Source: Geotalea daltonii FRC-32
GTDB lineage: Bacteria > Desulfobacterota > Desulfuromonadia > Geobacterales > Geobacteraceae
Direction: 5' to 3'
DNA length: 32,000 nt
Assembly (NCBI RefSeq): GCF_000022265.1
Contig: NC_011979.1
Location: forward strand, 2,040,001-2,072,000
Within the stretch, counting starts at the first letter, position 1; the number at the start of each line of letters is the position of its first letter. Below are positions 24,702-32,000 of this stretch, in pieces. The translations under genes and the position numbers were made by a program. The notes under the pieces were generated by a model. The model made no database searches, had not been told where the DNA came from, and saw only the letters and a list, made by a program, of their open reading frames with translations.

Positions 24702-25070
24702 TTGGTAAACAATCGCAATTTTTCCCGTGTGAGCTTTGCCATCGATGCTTTGGTAACCCAGGCGGAAATCACCATCAAAGGCGAAGTGAGGAATATCAGC
24801 TTGCAGGGGCTGTATATTGAAACCGATGGGAAGCTTGATGCCGGTCTCCCGGTGGATGTCTCCATTCAACTCAGTGGTACGACGCCGGAAGTGGCGATCA
24901 AGGCGACCGGCAGTGTTGTCAGGATCGATGAAAACGGCGTCGGCATAAAATTCAGCAAAATAGATGTGGATTCTTTTGCTCACCTGCGCAACGTCGTCTC
25001 TTATCAGTGTGGGGATGGAGACAAGGTTATCGGTGAATTTTTCAAGTACCTTGATGGTCAGAGCAAATGA
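24702..25070 (+). CDS. PilZ-domain protein (c-di-GMP receptor).
   Basis: AAGGAGG-N6-TTG start. The RxxxR motif (RNFSR) lies at the N-terminus and the (D/N)xSxxG motif (NISLQG) ~25 aa later, as in canonical PilZ domains. Confidence 0.8.
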   Translation: MVNNRNFSRVSFAIDALVTQAEITIKGEVRNISLQGLYIETDGKLDAGLPVDVSIQLSGTTPEVAIKATGSVVRIDENGVGIKFSKIDVDSFAHLRNVVSYQCGDGDKVIGEFFKYLDGQSK

Positions 25071-25119
25071 TCGGATGCCATGGGCTTGGCCCGAGCAGGG
25101 AAAGCCTAAGGATGCTGAA

Positions 25120-25902
25120 ATGACAATGCTGGAAATTCCCTTACTAAAGGCCTGGTTTGCCGAGTATTGCCGTTCTTTCGCTTCTTCGGATCAAGAGAAA
25201 CAACGGAACTTTTCTCTCAAGGAATACCACACCCACAAGGTCTGCGAAAACATTCGGTCTATTACGCTGGGTGAATCGCTTAGCCCGGAAAAGCAGGACA
25301 TTGCCGAGATCATTGCTCTCTTTCATGATCTGGGGCGTTTTGAACAGTACCGCCGCTACAAGACGTTCAAGGATAGCGACTCCATAAATCATGCTGCCCT
25401 AAGTGCCGATATTCTTCAGGAAAAAAATGTGCTTGCCGCCCTCGCCAACGCTGAACGGGAGCTCATCCTGAAGTCCGTTCGGCTGCACAATGTCTTTAGC
25501 ATCCCGCAGAACCTGACTCAGGAAGAAATCCTGTTTTTGAAGCTGATCCGTGATGCCGACAAACTTGATATCTGGCGTGTTTTCATAGACTTTTATGCTT
25601 TGCCGGAGACTGAGCGTGCCTCGGCGGCTGGACTCGGCTTTCCCGACCTTCCCGAATACTCTCCTGAAGTGCTGGCAACTCTGAACAGCAGGCGCATGGT
25701 GAGCCTGTCCATGCTGAAGACTTTGAATGACTTCAAGCTACTGCAGCTTTCCTGGGTCTTCGACCTGAACTTCACTACCTCGTTCAGAATATTGCAGGAG
25801 CGGGCTTATATAGACCATCTCTCGGCAACATTGCCGAAAGACGAGAGAATCCTGGATGCCGTGGTCACCCTCAAGACATTTGTTCATGAAAGATTGACAT
25901 AG
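25120..25902 (+). CDS. HD-domain metal-dependent phosphohydrolase.
   Basis: The H...HD...H...D pattern is present: YHTHKV, IALFHDLGRFEQ, INHAAL, RLHNV, IRDADKLDI. AAGGA-N7-ATG lies at 25120. An alternative ATG is at 25075. Confidence 0.75.
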   Translation: MTMLEIPLLKAWFAEYCRSFASSDQEKQRNFSLKEYHTHKVCENIRSITLGESLSPEKQDIAEIIALFHDLGRFEQYRRYKTFKDSDSINHAALSADILQEKNVLAALANAERELILKSVRLHNVFSIPQNLTQEEILFLKLIRDADKLDIWRVFIDFYALPETERASAAGLGFPDLPEYSPEVLATLNSRRMVSLSMLKTLNDFKLLQLSWVFDLNFTTSFRILQERAYIDHLSATLPKDERILDAVVTLKTFVHERLT

Positions 25903-25924
25903 TCTGTACTTTTGGAGAAGTAAT

Positions 25925-26212
25925 ATGAAATTTTTCAATCTGCTTATTCTGCTGCTTTTGTTTTCCTCGGTGGGGACTAGCTTTGCCGACTGCATATGTA
26001 AACAGCCGCCAAAACCGGAGCTGCCATCGGATCGAGCCGACGCCAGGGAGATGGAAAAAGCCGGCAAGGACGTGGACCAGTACAACAAGGAGATGAAAGG
26101 CTACCGGGGCTGTATTTTAGCCTGTCTGAACAAGGCGGACAATGATCTGGCCGGAGTGATCTCTGGATGGAACTATGCCGTTGAAAGATTCAATGCAGAA
26201 AAAAAGCAATAG
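25925..26212 (+). CDS. Small secreted protein (95 aa) with four cysteines. No family recognised.
   Basis: SD GGAGAAG is present. The signal peptide is MKFFNLLILLLLFSSVGTSFA. The mature part has C-I-C and C-ILA-C. Confidence 0.6.
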   Translation: MKFFNLLILLLLFSSVGTSFADCICKQPPKPELPSDRADAREMEKAGKDVDQYNKEMKGYRGCILACLNKADNDLAGVISGWNYAVERFNAEKKQ

Positions 26213-26262
26213 AAACAGGTTGGTCCGCAAGCAATACAGCTGATAACACAAGGAGTAAAAAA

Positions 26263-27228
26263 ATGAAAAAAACAGCGAGAATAATGGCAGTCTTTGCAGT
26301 TCTTTCGCTTCTGACAGTGACCTTCATGGAATCCGCAGCCGATGCCCGGATTGGGGGAGGTCGTTCCAGTGGAAGTCGTGGCTCGCGCAGCTATTCCGCG
26401 CCTGCCAGCCCATCCACCAGGACCAGTCCTTATCAGACCAGTCCATCGAATCCAGGGGCCGGAACATATTCCCGTTCCCCATACCAGCAGCAACCGGGAG
26501 GCGGCTTCTTACGCAGCATGGCGGGCGGGATCATGGGGGGAATGCTCGGCGGCATGCTCTTCAGGAGTCTGGGGTTCGGCGGAGGTGGAGCTATGGGGGG
26601 CGGCGGTATCGGACTTTTCGAGATCCTGCTTCTGGCCGGTATCGGCTATCTCATCTATCGCTTTGTAAAAAAAAATCGTGAAACTGCCCCAGCCACCTAT
26701 GGACAGACAGGATATCAAGGGGGGACGGTGACTCCCATTTCCAGCGGCAGTGGCTATGAGGCAGTTCAGCCTGCGTCCGATGACTTGACTACAGGGCTTT
26801 CCCATATCCGGCAGATGGACCCCTCCTTTGACGAGCAGCGTTTCAACGATGGGGTCATGGACATGTTCTTCAAGGTTCAAGGGGCCTGGATGAATCGGGA
26901 TCTGTCACCGGTGAACGGAATTTTCACCGATGAGATGAGGCGTATCCTGCAGGAGGATGTGGAACGGCTCCTGCGCGACAGGCAGGTGAACCGGCTGGAA
27001 AATATCGCCGTGCGCAATGTGGAGATTGCCGAGGTCTGGCAGGAATCGGGGCAGGATTTCATAACAGCCCAAATTTACGCAAACCTGCTGGATTATACCA
27101 CCGACGATACAACGGGAGCGGTTGTCTCCGGCAGCAAGACCGATCCGGTAAAATTCGAGGAATACTGGACTTTCACCAGGCCGGTGGGGAACAACCAATG
27201 GCGGCTTTCGGCGATTAACCAGAAGTAA
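26263..27228 (+). CDS. Tim44-like domain protein with a signal/TM segment, a low-complexity Ser/Gly/Arg/Pro linker and a Gly-rich TM region.
   Basis: AAGGAG-N7-ATG start. The N-terminus is MKKTARIMAVFAVLSLL and the Gly-zipper stretch is GGIMGGMLGGMLFRSLGFGGGG. The C-terminal ~150 aa (FDEQRFNDGVMDMFFKVQGAW...ENIAVRNVEIAEVW...WTFTRP...WRLSAI) fit the bacterial Tim44-like fold family. Confidence 0.75.
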   Translation: MKKTARIMAVFAVLSLLTVTFMESAADARIGGGRSSGSRGSRSYSAPASPSTRTSPYQTSPSNPGAGTYSRSPYQQQPGGGFLRSMAGGIMGGMLGGMLFRSLGFGGGGAMGGGGIGLFEILLLAGIGYLIYRFVKKNRETAPATYGQTGYQGGTVTPISSGSGYEAVQPASDDLTTGLSHIRQMDPSFDEQRFNDGVMDMFFKVQGAWMNRDLSPVNGIFTDEMRRILQEDVERLLRDRQVNRLENIAVRNVEIAEVWQESGQDFITAQIYANLLDYTTDDTTGAVVSGSKTDPVKFEEYWTFTRPVGNNQWRLSAINQK

Positions 27229-27244
27229 CCGCCGGTAAAGGTAT

Positions 27245-27291
27245 GAAAAAAGGGAGAACGGCTGAATGCCGTCCTCCCTTTTTCTTTTTTT
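27245..27291. terminator. Bidirectional rho-independent terminator between convergent genes.
   Basis: GGGAGAACGGC-tgaat-GCCGTCCTCCC (27252-27278) pairs at 10 of 11 positions. It is flanked by an A run (27245-27251) and TTTTTCTTTTTTT (27279-27291). Confidence 0.85.
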
Positions 27292-27303
27292 GCAGAGCTT
27301 GCT

Positions 27304-28476
27304 TTAGAGGCCGAATTGGGTGCAGACACCGCTCAATTCAGAGAATGAGGAATAAGTTTTCGTTGGCTGACCTGTGACGGCAACGGTAACGCCGGTCGAG
27401 CTGAAGGTGATGGTCGTGTTGTCATTGACGGTCATTACGCCTGCCGTGCGGTCATCCTTGATTGGAGTAATGGTTTTTATGGCGAACGTACCATCGATGC
27501 AGGTTGAAGGGGTGCTCTGGATGGCGAAGGTGCCGTTTACGCTGTAGGTACCTGTTGAGAAATATCTGTCGACACCGAAGTTCTGGAAGGTGACTCCCAC
27601 CGAACGCTCCTGGTTGTAAACACCGTTGACGAGGGTGTATTCCTTGTCGACAAAAGATCCACCGGTGATGTCTACTGAGTAAATGCCATTAATGAATTCA
27701 TAGCTTGTTTTGAAATTGGAGATAATGGTCTCGTACTTTGTTTTTAATACATAATCTTCTTCAGTGTATGTGCCGTTCAGGGTGGCAGAAATTGCACCGG
27801 TCGTCGTATTAGCTGTGAAACCGGTCATGGTAAGGATACTTCTGTCTTCGGACTCTTTTACGCTAGATGTGGTGTCGGCATAGAAGGTGGTAGTGAAGGG
27901 ACTTGAAGCTGAACCGATGCTGTAGTTGGCACTGACGGTGTTGCTGGTGTTGGAAGTACCGCTGACAGAGATGGTGCCGTTTAACTGAATGGAACCAAAA
28001 CGGCAGTTACTATAGTCGATACTTGCGCCTGATTCACTGCTTGTTATGGTGGCGGTGCCGGTGGTGCAGAGTGAAGCACTCATATCCGTAGTTGCTGCAA
28101 CAGTTTTGGCGGTGCCATTGCGCCAGTTGATGACGGCATTGAGCGGCGCGGCATCATTTGCCAATCGCTGCATCCACAGGTTGATGGTGGTGCCTTTAAC
28201 CGCGCTGGTTTCCTTGCTAAGGCCGCTAGTGGTGCCGAAAGCCAGTCCCTGGAAGCTACTTGAGCTGCTGCCCATGTCGTAACCACCCTCTGTGACAGCC
28301 ACTCCGGACAATGCTGCTTTGGCGCCACTGTCAGCACTGACTATGGCAGTGGGTTGCGAAGAAATGGCCGGGGCTGTAGTGGCGCCGGTGGTGGTGCCGC
28401 TGCTACTGCTCCCTCCACCGCCACAACCTGCAACCAGTAGTGCCAGAGCAATTGATGCAAAAATCCGCTGTTTCAT
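27304..28476 (-). CDS. Ser/Thr/Gly-rich lipoprotein (390 aa). No domain recognised.
   Basis: AAGGAG-N5-ATG lies at 28476. The N-terminus is MKQRIFASIALALLVAGCGGGGSSSS (classic lipobox LVAGC). The remainder is beta-strand-like and T/S/N-rich. Confidence 0.75.
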   Translation of the reverse strand: MKQRIFASIALALLVAGCGGGGSSSSGTTTGATTAPAISSQPTAIVSADSGAKAALSGVAVTEGGYDMGSSSSSFQGLAFGTTSGLSKETSAVKGTTINLWMQRLANDAAPLNAVINWRNGTAKTVAATTDMSASLCTTGTATITSSESGASIDYSNCRFGSIQLNGTISVSGTSNTSNTVSANYSIGSASSPFTTTFYADTTSSVKESEDRSILTMTGFTANTTTGAISATLNGTYTEEDYVLKTKYETIISNFKTSYEFINGIYSVDITGGSFVDKEYTLVNGVYNQERSVGVTFQNFGVDRYFSTGTYSVNGTFAIQSTPSTCIDGTFAIKTITPIKDDRTAGVMTVNDNTTITFSSTGVTVAVTGQPTKTYSSFSELSGVCTQFGL

Positions 28477-28583
28477 ACATTCTCCTTTATTCATTAAATT
28501 GAATGTACGCAAATTAACACATCAGATTGAAAAGTAAAATTAAAATATTAAATACCTGCAACAGTATTGTTAATACAAGATGG

Positions 28584-28970
28584 TTATTTTTTTACCATAA
28601 CCCGCGTCATGCCTGAAAGGGCGCCACTGGCGAAGGCGATAAGCCAGAGGCTGTAAATGGTGAGGCTTACGCGGTGAAAGGTGCGGTTGATGACCTCGGC
28701 GCGGTTGAGGCAGGAGGCGATCAGCGCCAGAAGGAAATGGAAAGCCATGCCGGCCAGTGAAGAGATGCCTGAGATGTTGTGCCATTCGGGCGCTTTTCCG
28801 TAAGCCATGGCAAAGAAATTCATTTGCCGGGTGCCCAGGTAGTCGAAAAAGAGGCCGATGCCGAAAACCAGCAGGTGTTTGCGGTGCAGACCTTCCCGGC
28901 GGCCGCTGAAGACCGCATAGGTGTAAAAGATCAGCGCCAGATTCATGAATATTACTGCTTTGGCAAGCAT
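28584..28970 (-). CDS. Small integral membrane protein (128 aa, about 4 TM segments).
   Basis: MLAKAVIFMNLALIFYTYAVF..., LLVFGIGLFFDYL, ISSLAGMAFHFLLALIASCL and LTIYSLWLIAFASGAL are hydrophobic helices. The start lies 16 nt downstream of the trmL stop on the same strand. The track ORF extension to 29234 overlaps trmL and is rejected. Confidence 0.65.
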   Translation of the reverse strand: MLAKAVIFMNLALIFYTYAVFSGRREGLHRKHLLVFGIGLFFDYLGTRQMNFFAMAYGKAPEWHNISGISSLAGMAFHFLLALIASCLNRAEVINRTFHRVSLTIYSLWLIAFASGALSGMTRVMVKK

Positions 28971-28986
28971 ACACTGCCCCCTGTTT

Positions 28987-29463
28987 TTATTTGCCTTCCA
29001 GGCTGCCGGTCTGACGCAATGCTTCGTAAAGTACGATGCCCGCAGAAGTTGACAGATTGAGACTGCGCACCTTGCCGAAAATGGGGATACGTACGGACGT
29101 TGCCGGGTTTGCCTCGATAAGGTCTTCGGGCAGGCCCTTGGTTTCCTTGCCGAAGACGATGAAATCCCCGCACCTGAATTCCAGTTCCACGTATGTCTTT
29201 GCCACCTTTTTACTGGTGTAGATGAACCGTCCATTGGGGTAAGCAGCTTTCAGTGTATCCAGGTCCGGCCAATAGTGTATTTCCACCTCGCTCCAGTAAT
29301 CCAGACCTGCCCTTTTCAAGGTCTTATCATCGGTGGAAAAACCGAGTTTGCCCACCAGGTGCAGTATGGTTCCTGTCGCTCCACAGAGGCGGGCGATGTT
29401 GCCGGTATTGGGGGGAATTTCCGGTTCCACCAGCACGATATTGAAAGATTCATTTTTAACCAT
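28987..29463 (-). CDS. trmL: tRNA (cytidine/uridine-2'-O-)-methyltransferase TrmL (SpoU/TrmH family).
   Basis: [42 protein letters not shown] and [26 protein letters not shown] are TrmL (YibK) hallmark blocks. The start is taken at the third Met (29463), with GGGAG 7 nt upstream. Confidence 0.85.
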   Translation of the reverse strand: MVKNESFNIVLVEPEIPPNTGNIARLCGATGTILHLVGKLGFSTDDKTLKRAGLDYWSEVEIHYWPDLDTLKAAYPNGRFIYTSKKVAKTYVELEFRCGDFIVFGKETKGLPEDLIEANPATSVRIPIFGKVRSLNLSTSAGIVLYEALRQTGSLEGK

Positions 29464-29545
29464 TTCCATACTCCCGTTGCCGGTCTTGCAAATTTTCATT
29501 TCTGGGGATATGATGCAGCCTCATTTTCAGTATCTGGAGGTCCGT

Positions 29546-30736
29546 GTGAGAGTCCCTGACAACAAAGGACATTTTGGTCAGTTCGGTGGCAGATATGTTT
29601 CTGAAACACTGATGCCGGCCCTGCTCGAGTTGGAGCAGGCATATAAATATTATAAAAAGGACCGAAAGTTCAAGGAGGAATTCGCCTATTACCTGCACCA
29701 GTATGTGGGGCGACCTAATCCACTCTACTATGCAGAAAAATTGAGCAAGAAACTGGGTGGCGCTAAAATCTACCTGAAGCGCGAAGATCTTAACCATACC
29801 GGAGCCCATAAGGTCAACAATACAATTGGCCAAGGGCTTCTGGCACGACGCATGGGGAAAAAAAGAGTTATTGCTGAAACCGGTGCGGGGCAGCATGGTG
29901 TTGCCACGGCAACCATTGCTGCTCTTTTTGATATGGAATGTGAAGTATTCATGGGAGAAGAGGATATTCAGCGGCAATCTCTGAATGTTTTCCGCATGAA
30001 GCTCCTCGGCGCCAAGGTTACGCCGGTCACTGCAGGCACTGCCACCCTGAAGGATGCCATGAACGAGGCTATGCGGAACTGGGTTACCCATATCCAGACC
30101 ACCTTTTACGTGATCGGCACCGTTGCCGGCCCCCATCCTTATCCGCTGATGGTCCGTGACTTCCAGTCCGTCATCGGCCGTGAGGCGAAAAAACAGCATC
30201 TGAAGGTTGAAGGAAAGCTGCCCGACTACCTTGTGGCTGCCGTTGGCGGGGGAAGCAACGCCCTCGGCCTGTTTTATCCATTTATGGACGACATGGATGT
30301 AAAAATGGTGGGCGTTGAGGCTGCCGGCTATGGAATAGCCTCTGGCAAGCACGCGGCACCGTTGTGTGCCGGGACCGTCGGGGTTCTACATGGTAACAAA
30401 ACCTACCTGCTCCAGGATGAATTCGGCCAGATAGCCCATGCCCATTCCATTTCCGCAGGCCTTGATTATCCCGGAGTCGGTCCTGAGCATGCCTGGCTGA
30501 AGGATTCCGGGCGTGCGGAATACGTGTCGGTAACCGATGATGAGGCACTGGAAGGATTCAAGCTCCTGACCAGGGAAGAGGGGATCTTGCCTGCACTGGA
30601 GTCATCCCACGCCATTGCCCATGTCATTAGACTGGCACCGACCCTTCCCAGGGAAAAGACTATAGTGGTCTGTCTCTCCGGCAGGGGGGATAAGGACATC
30701 CATACCGTTGCCGATGTGATGGGTGTTGAGTTGTAA
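29546..30736 (+). CDS. trpB: Tryptophan synthase beta chain.
   Basis: [39 protein letters not shown] (PLP lysine), [13 protein letters not shown] and GGGSNALG are present. GGAGG-N5-GTG at 29546 gives an N-terminus typical of TrpB. Alternative in-frame ATGs lie at 29510 and 29513. Confidence 0.85.
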   Translation: MRVPDNKGHFGQFGGRYVSETLMPALLELEQAYKYYKKDRKFKEEFAYYLHQYVGRPNPLYYAEKLSKKLGGAKIYLKREDLNHTGAHKVNNTIGQGLLARRMGKKRVIAETGAGQHGVATATIAALFDMECEVFMGEEDIQRQSLNVFRMKLLGAKVTPVTAGTATLKDAMNEAMRNWVTHIQTTFYVIGTVAGPHPYPLMVRDFQSVIGREAKKQHLKVEGKLPDYLVAAVGGGSNALGLFYPFMDDMDVKMVGVEAAGYGIASGKHAAPLCAGTVGVLHGNKTYLLQDEFGQIAHAHSISAGLDYPGVGPEHAWLKDSGRAEYVSVTDDEALEGFKLLTREEGILPALESSHAIAHVIRLAPTLPREKTIVVCLSGRGDKDIHTVADVMGVEL

Positions 30737-30792
30737 AATATTGTTTTGTTGTTGTAACTAGCTGAAACTACAACTAAAGTCCAATTTTTGCT

Positions 30793-30821
30793 TTGACATA
30801 CGGAAATTTTTATTATATAAG
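30793..30821 (+). promoter_or_regulatory. Candidate orphan sigma70 promoter in the trpB-downstream spacer.
   Basis: TTGACA (30793-30798), 17-nt spacer, TATAAG (30816-30821). Confidence 0.35.
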
Positions 30822-30827
30822 GTGACA

Positions 30828-30882
30828 CCCTGCCATAATGACAGGTGAGAGAAAAAGGACCCGGTGAGTGGGTCCTTTTGGC
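30828..30882 (+). ncRNA. Candidate ~55-nt small RNA: 5' hairpin, A-rich linker, terminator hairpin.
   Basis: It lies downstream of the promoter-like site. Hairpin 1 is CACC(C)TG / CAGGTG (30826-30847). The linker is AGAGAAAAA. The terminator is AAAGGACCC-ggtgagt-GGGTCCTTT plus TTTTG (30854-30880). No ORF is present. Confidence 0.3.
30854..30880 (+). terminator. Rho-independent terminator (may also serve trpB).
   Basis: 9-bp stem AAAGGACCC/GGGTCCTTT, 7-nt loop, U-run. Confidence 0.7.
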
Positions 30883-30911
30883 GTTTAAATGGGGGGAGGA
30901 AAAATTGCGGC

Positions 30912-30939
30912 TTGCAAATAAACGTGAATCTATTATAAT
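30912..30939 (+). promoter_or_regulatory. Sigma70-like promoter for the SLT lipoprotein gene.
   Basis: TTGCAA (30912-30917), 16-nt spacer, perfect TATAAT (30934-30939). This implies a leader of ~120 nt. Confidence 0.5.
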
Positions 30940-31067
30940 GCACTAATAATGAGGATGGATTAATTCTCAAATCCAAAGAAAGGAGATTTTGGCCGGAAAC
31001 GATACTGGAAATTCTGAGGGTCGCATGGACCAGCCGGCAAAGCCTGATAAAACCGACACTCTTTATT

Positions 31068-31715
31068 ATGAAAAAAACTATCTTGATTTTGGCAGCAATG
31101 CTTCTCATGGGGGTATCGTGCGACAAGTCTCATGTAAACCAGGCTCAAGCGCCTGTTGTTGGCGGAGACACGGAGCTCGATCGCGAGATTCGCAAGGTGA
31201 TGGAAAAAGGGATAAATCTGGAGGAAAGAAGGCGCCAGGTCCCCGCCATAGCCGCGGCCTTTGCCCGCCGGACCAATCCGGAGCGGGCACGCTGGCTGGC
31301 CGCGCTTTGCTACTTGAAAACGCTTGGGACTTCATTCATGCCGATGGATTTGGCAGAAATTGCCTTGGCAGAGACAGGCAACCATAGACTTTCGGCAAGG
31401 GCCGTGTCCCATAAAGGCGCCCTTGGCGTATGGCAGCTGATGCCATACAGGGCAAGGAGCCATGGCTATGAGCCTGAAGACATGGCTGACGATGAAAAAT
31501 GTGCCGCTGCTGCAGTTCGAGAACTGCTGAGCAAGATGGATATGGCCAAGGGAGACCTGGTCAGGGCAAAAAAACTATACTGCGGGGTGGGGCCGGCTGC
31601 CAATGCTTATGAGGCCAAGCGCCGCCAGTTCCGCAGGGAAATTCTCGATGAGCTGGGTAAATTAGGGCTCAAAGAGGCAGTGGTAAAGCAATATAAGGCA
31701 GAACAGCCTTCATAA
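31068..31715 (+). CDS. Lytic transglycosylase (SLT-domain) lipoprotein.
   Basis: The N-terminus is MKKTILILAAMLLMGVSC (lipobox). The SLT catalytic context is LAEIALAETGNH...SHKGALGVWQLMP (E...S..GA.G..QLMP). Confidence 0.75.
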   Translation: MKKTILILAAMLLMGVSCDKSHVNQAQAPVVGGDTELDREIRKVMEKGINLEERRRQVPAIAAAFARRTNPERARWLAALCYLKTLGTSFMPMDLAEIALAETGNHRLSARAVSHKGALGVWQLMPYRARSHGYEPEDMADDEKCAAAAVRELLSKMDMAKGDLVRAKKLYCGVGPAANAYEAKRRQFRREILDELGKLGLKEAVVKQYKAEQPS

Positions 31716-31759
31716 CCGGAATACGAATCCGGTGTTGCTGACAATCTGAATGTGCTATG

Positions 31760-31794
31760 CTGGGCGGGTCCGAAAGGATCCGCCCAGTCTTTTT
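31760..31794 (+). terminator. Rho-independent terminator.
   Basis: CTGGGCGGGTCC-GAAA-GGATCCGCCCAG forms a 12-bp stem (one G-U pair) with a GAAA tetraloop, followed by TCTTTTT. Confidence 0.85.
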
Positions 31795-31809
31795 GAAAGA
31801 GAAAATTAA

Positions 31810-32000
31810 ATGAATGTTATAGATGTCGTTGGTCTGGAAAAGAGTTTCGGTGCCAGGAAGGTCATTGACCATATCACTTTTGCCATTGGGGAAGATGAAA
31901 AGATCGGTCTCATCGGCAGAAACGGTGCCGGTAAATCAACCCTGCTCATGATCCTCGGGGGGCTGGAGGATAGTGAAGGCGGAGTTATAGCCACTAAACG
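31810..32000 (+). CDS. ABC-F-type ATP-binding protein, N-terminal fragment (runs off the window).
   Basis: My own translation from ATG 31810 is MNVIDVVGLEKSFGARKVIDHITFAIGEDEKIGLIGRNGAGKSTLLMILGGLEDSEGGVIATK, with Walker A GRNGAGKST. It is open to the window end and is absent from the ORF track because it has no stop. Confidence 0.8.
   Translation, partial: MNVIDVVGLEKSFGARKVIDHITFAIGEDEKIGLIGRNGAGKSTLLMILGGLEDSEGGVIATK

Noticed and set aside
29464-29545. Possible trp attenuator, leader peptide or T-box upstream of trpB.
   Set aside because: Only 46-82 bp are available. There are no tandem Trp codons, no alternative hairpins, no terminator, and no T-box specifier or antiterminator features.
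30989-31387. 132-aa ORF with a TTG start just after a strong SD-like AAAGGAGA (30980-30987).
   Set aside because: It overlaps the SLT lipoprotein gene out of frame. Its product is an R/G/S/C-rich sequence typical of an off-frame read. The 31068 frame has a lipobox and an SLT catalytic motif. The SD-like purine run is noted but remains unexplained.

Overview
This is a 32-kb chromosomal window that looks GC-rich by eye (roughly 55-60%), with several visibly AT-richer patches. Gene content is delta-proteobacterial in style (Geobacter/Desulfuromonadales-like), but that assignment is inference only. I support about 25 protein genes and found no rRNA, tRNA, CRISPR array or transposase.

Gene order:
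- 5'-truncated giant surface protein (SBBP beta-propeller plus about 10 Fn3 modules)
- higB (frameshifted) and higA
- HAD hydrolase
- PhnA/YjdM zinc-ribbon protein
- a 167-bp foldback (MITE-like) element
- DUF72 protein
- 703-aa orphan lipoprotein
- Cys-rich PAS-like protein (minus strand)
- MocR/GntR-aminotransferase regulator
- a four-gene signalling operon: MCP-like hybrid kinase with 3 receivers, CheR, receiver-less CheB, REC-PAS-kinase-REC
- selU (minus strand)
- P2-type cation ATPase
- long class II fructose-bisphosphate aldolase
- PilZ protein and HD hydrolase
- small Cys-containing secreted protein
- Tim44-like protein
- S/T-rich lipoprotein, small membrane protein and trmL (all minus strand)
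- stand-alone trpB
- SLT-domain lipoprotein
- start of an ABC-F ATPase

The best candidate for an uncharacterised system is the kinase-CheR-CheB-kinase operon (12069-19153). It has no CheA, CheW or MCP signalling domain. Kinase 1 carries three exact heptads of x-E-E-L-x-x-x just upstream of its H-box, which fits a methylation-adapting phosphorelay.

Secondary leads:
- the frameshifted higB toxin next to an intact antitoxin, sitting in a low-GC islet
- two elements flanked by inverted repeats
- a promoter-plus-terminator candidate sRNA after trpB
- a roughly 106-nt hairpin after fba
- a PilZ-HD pair
- the orphan lipoprotein

All domain calls come from motif recognition by eye. No searches were run.
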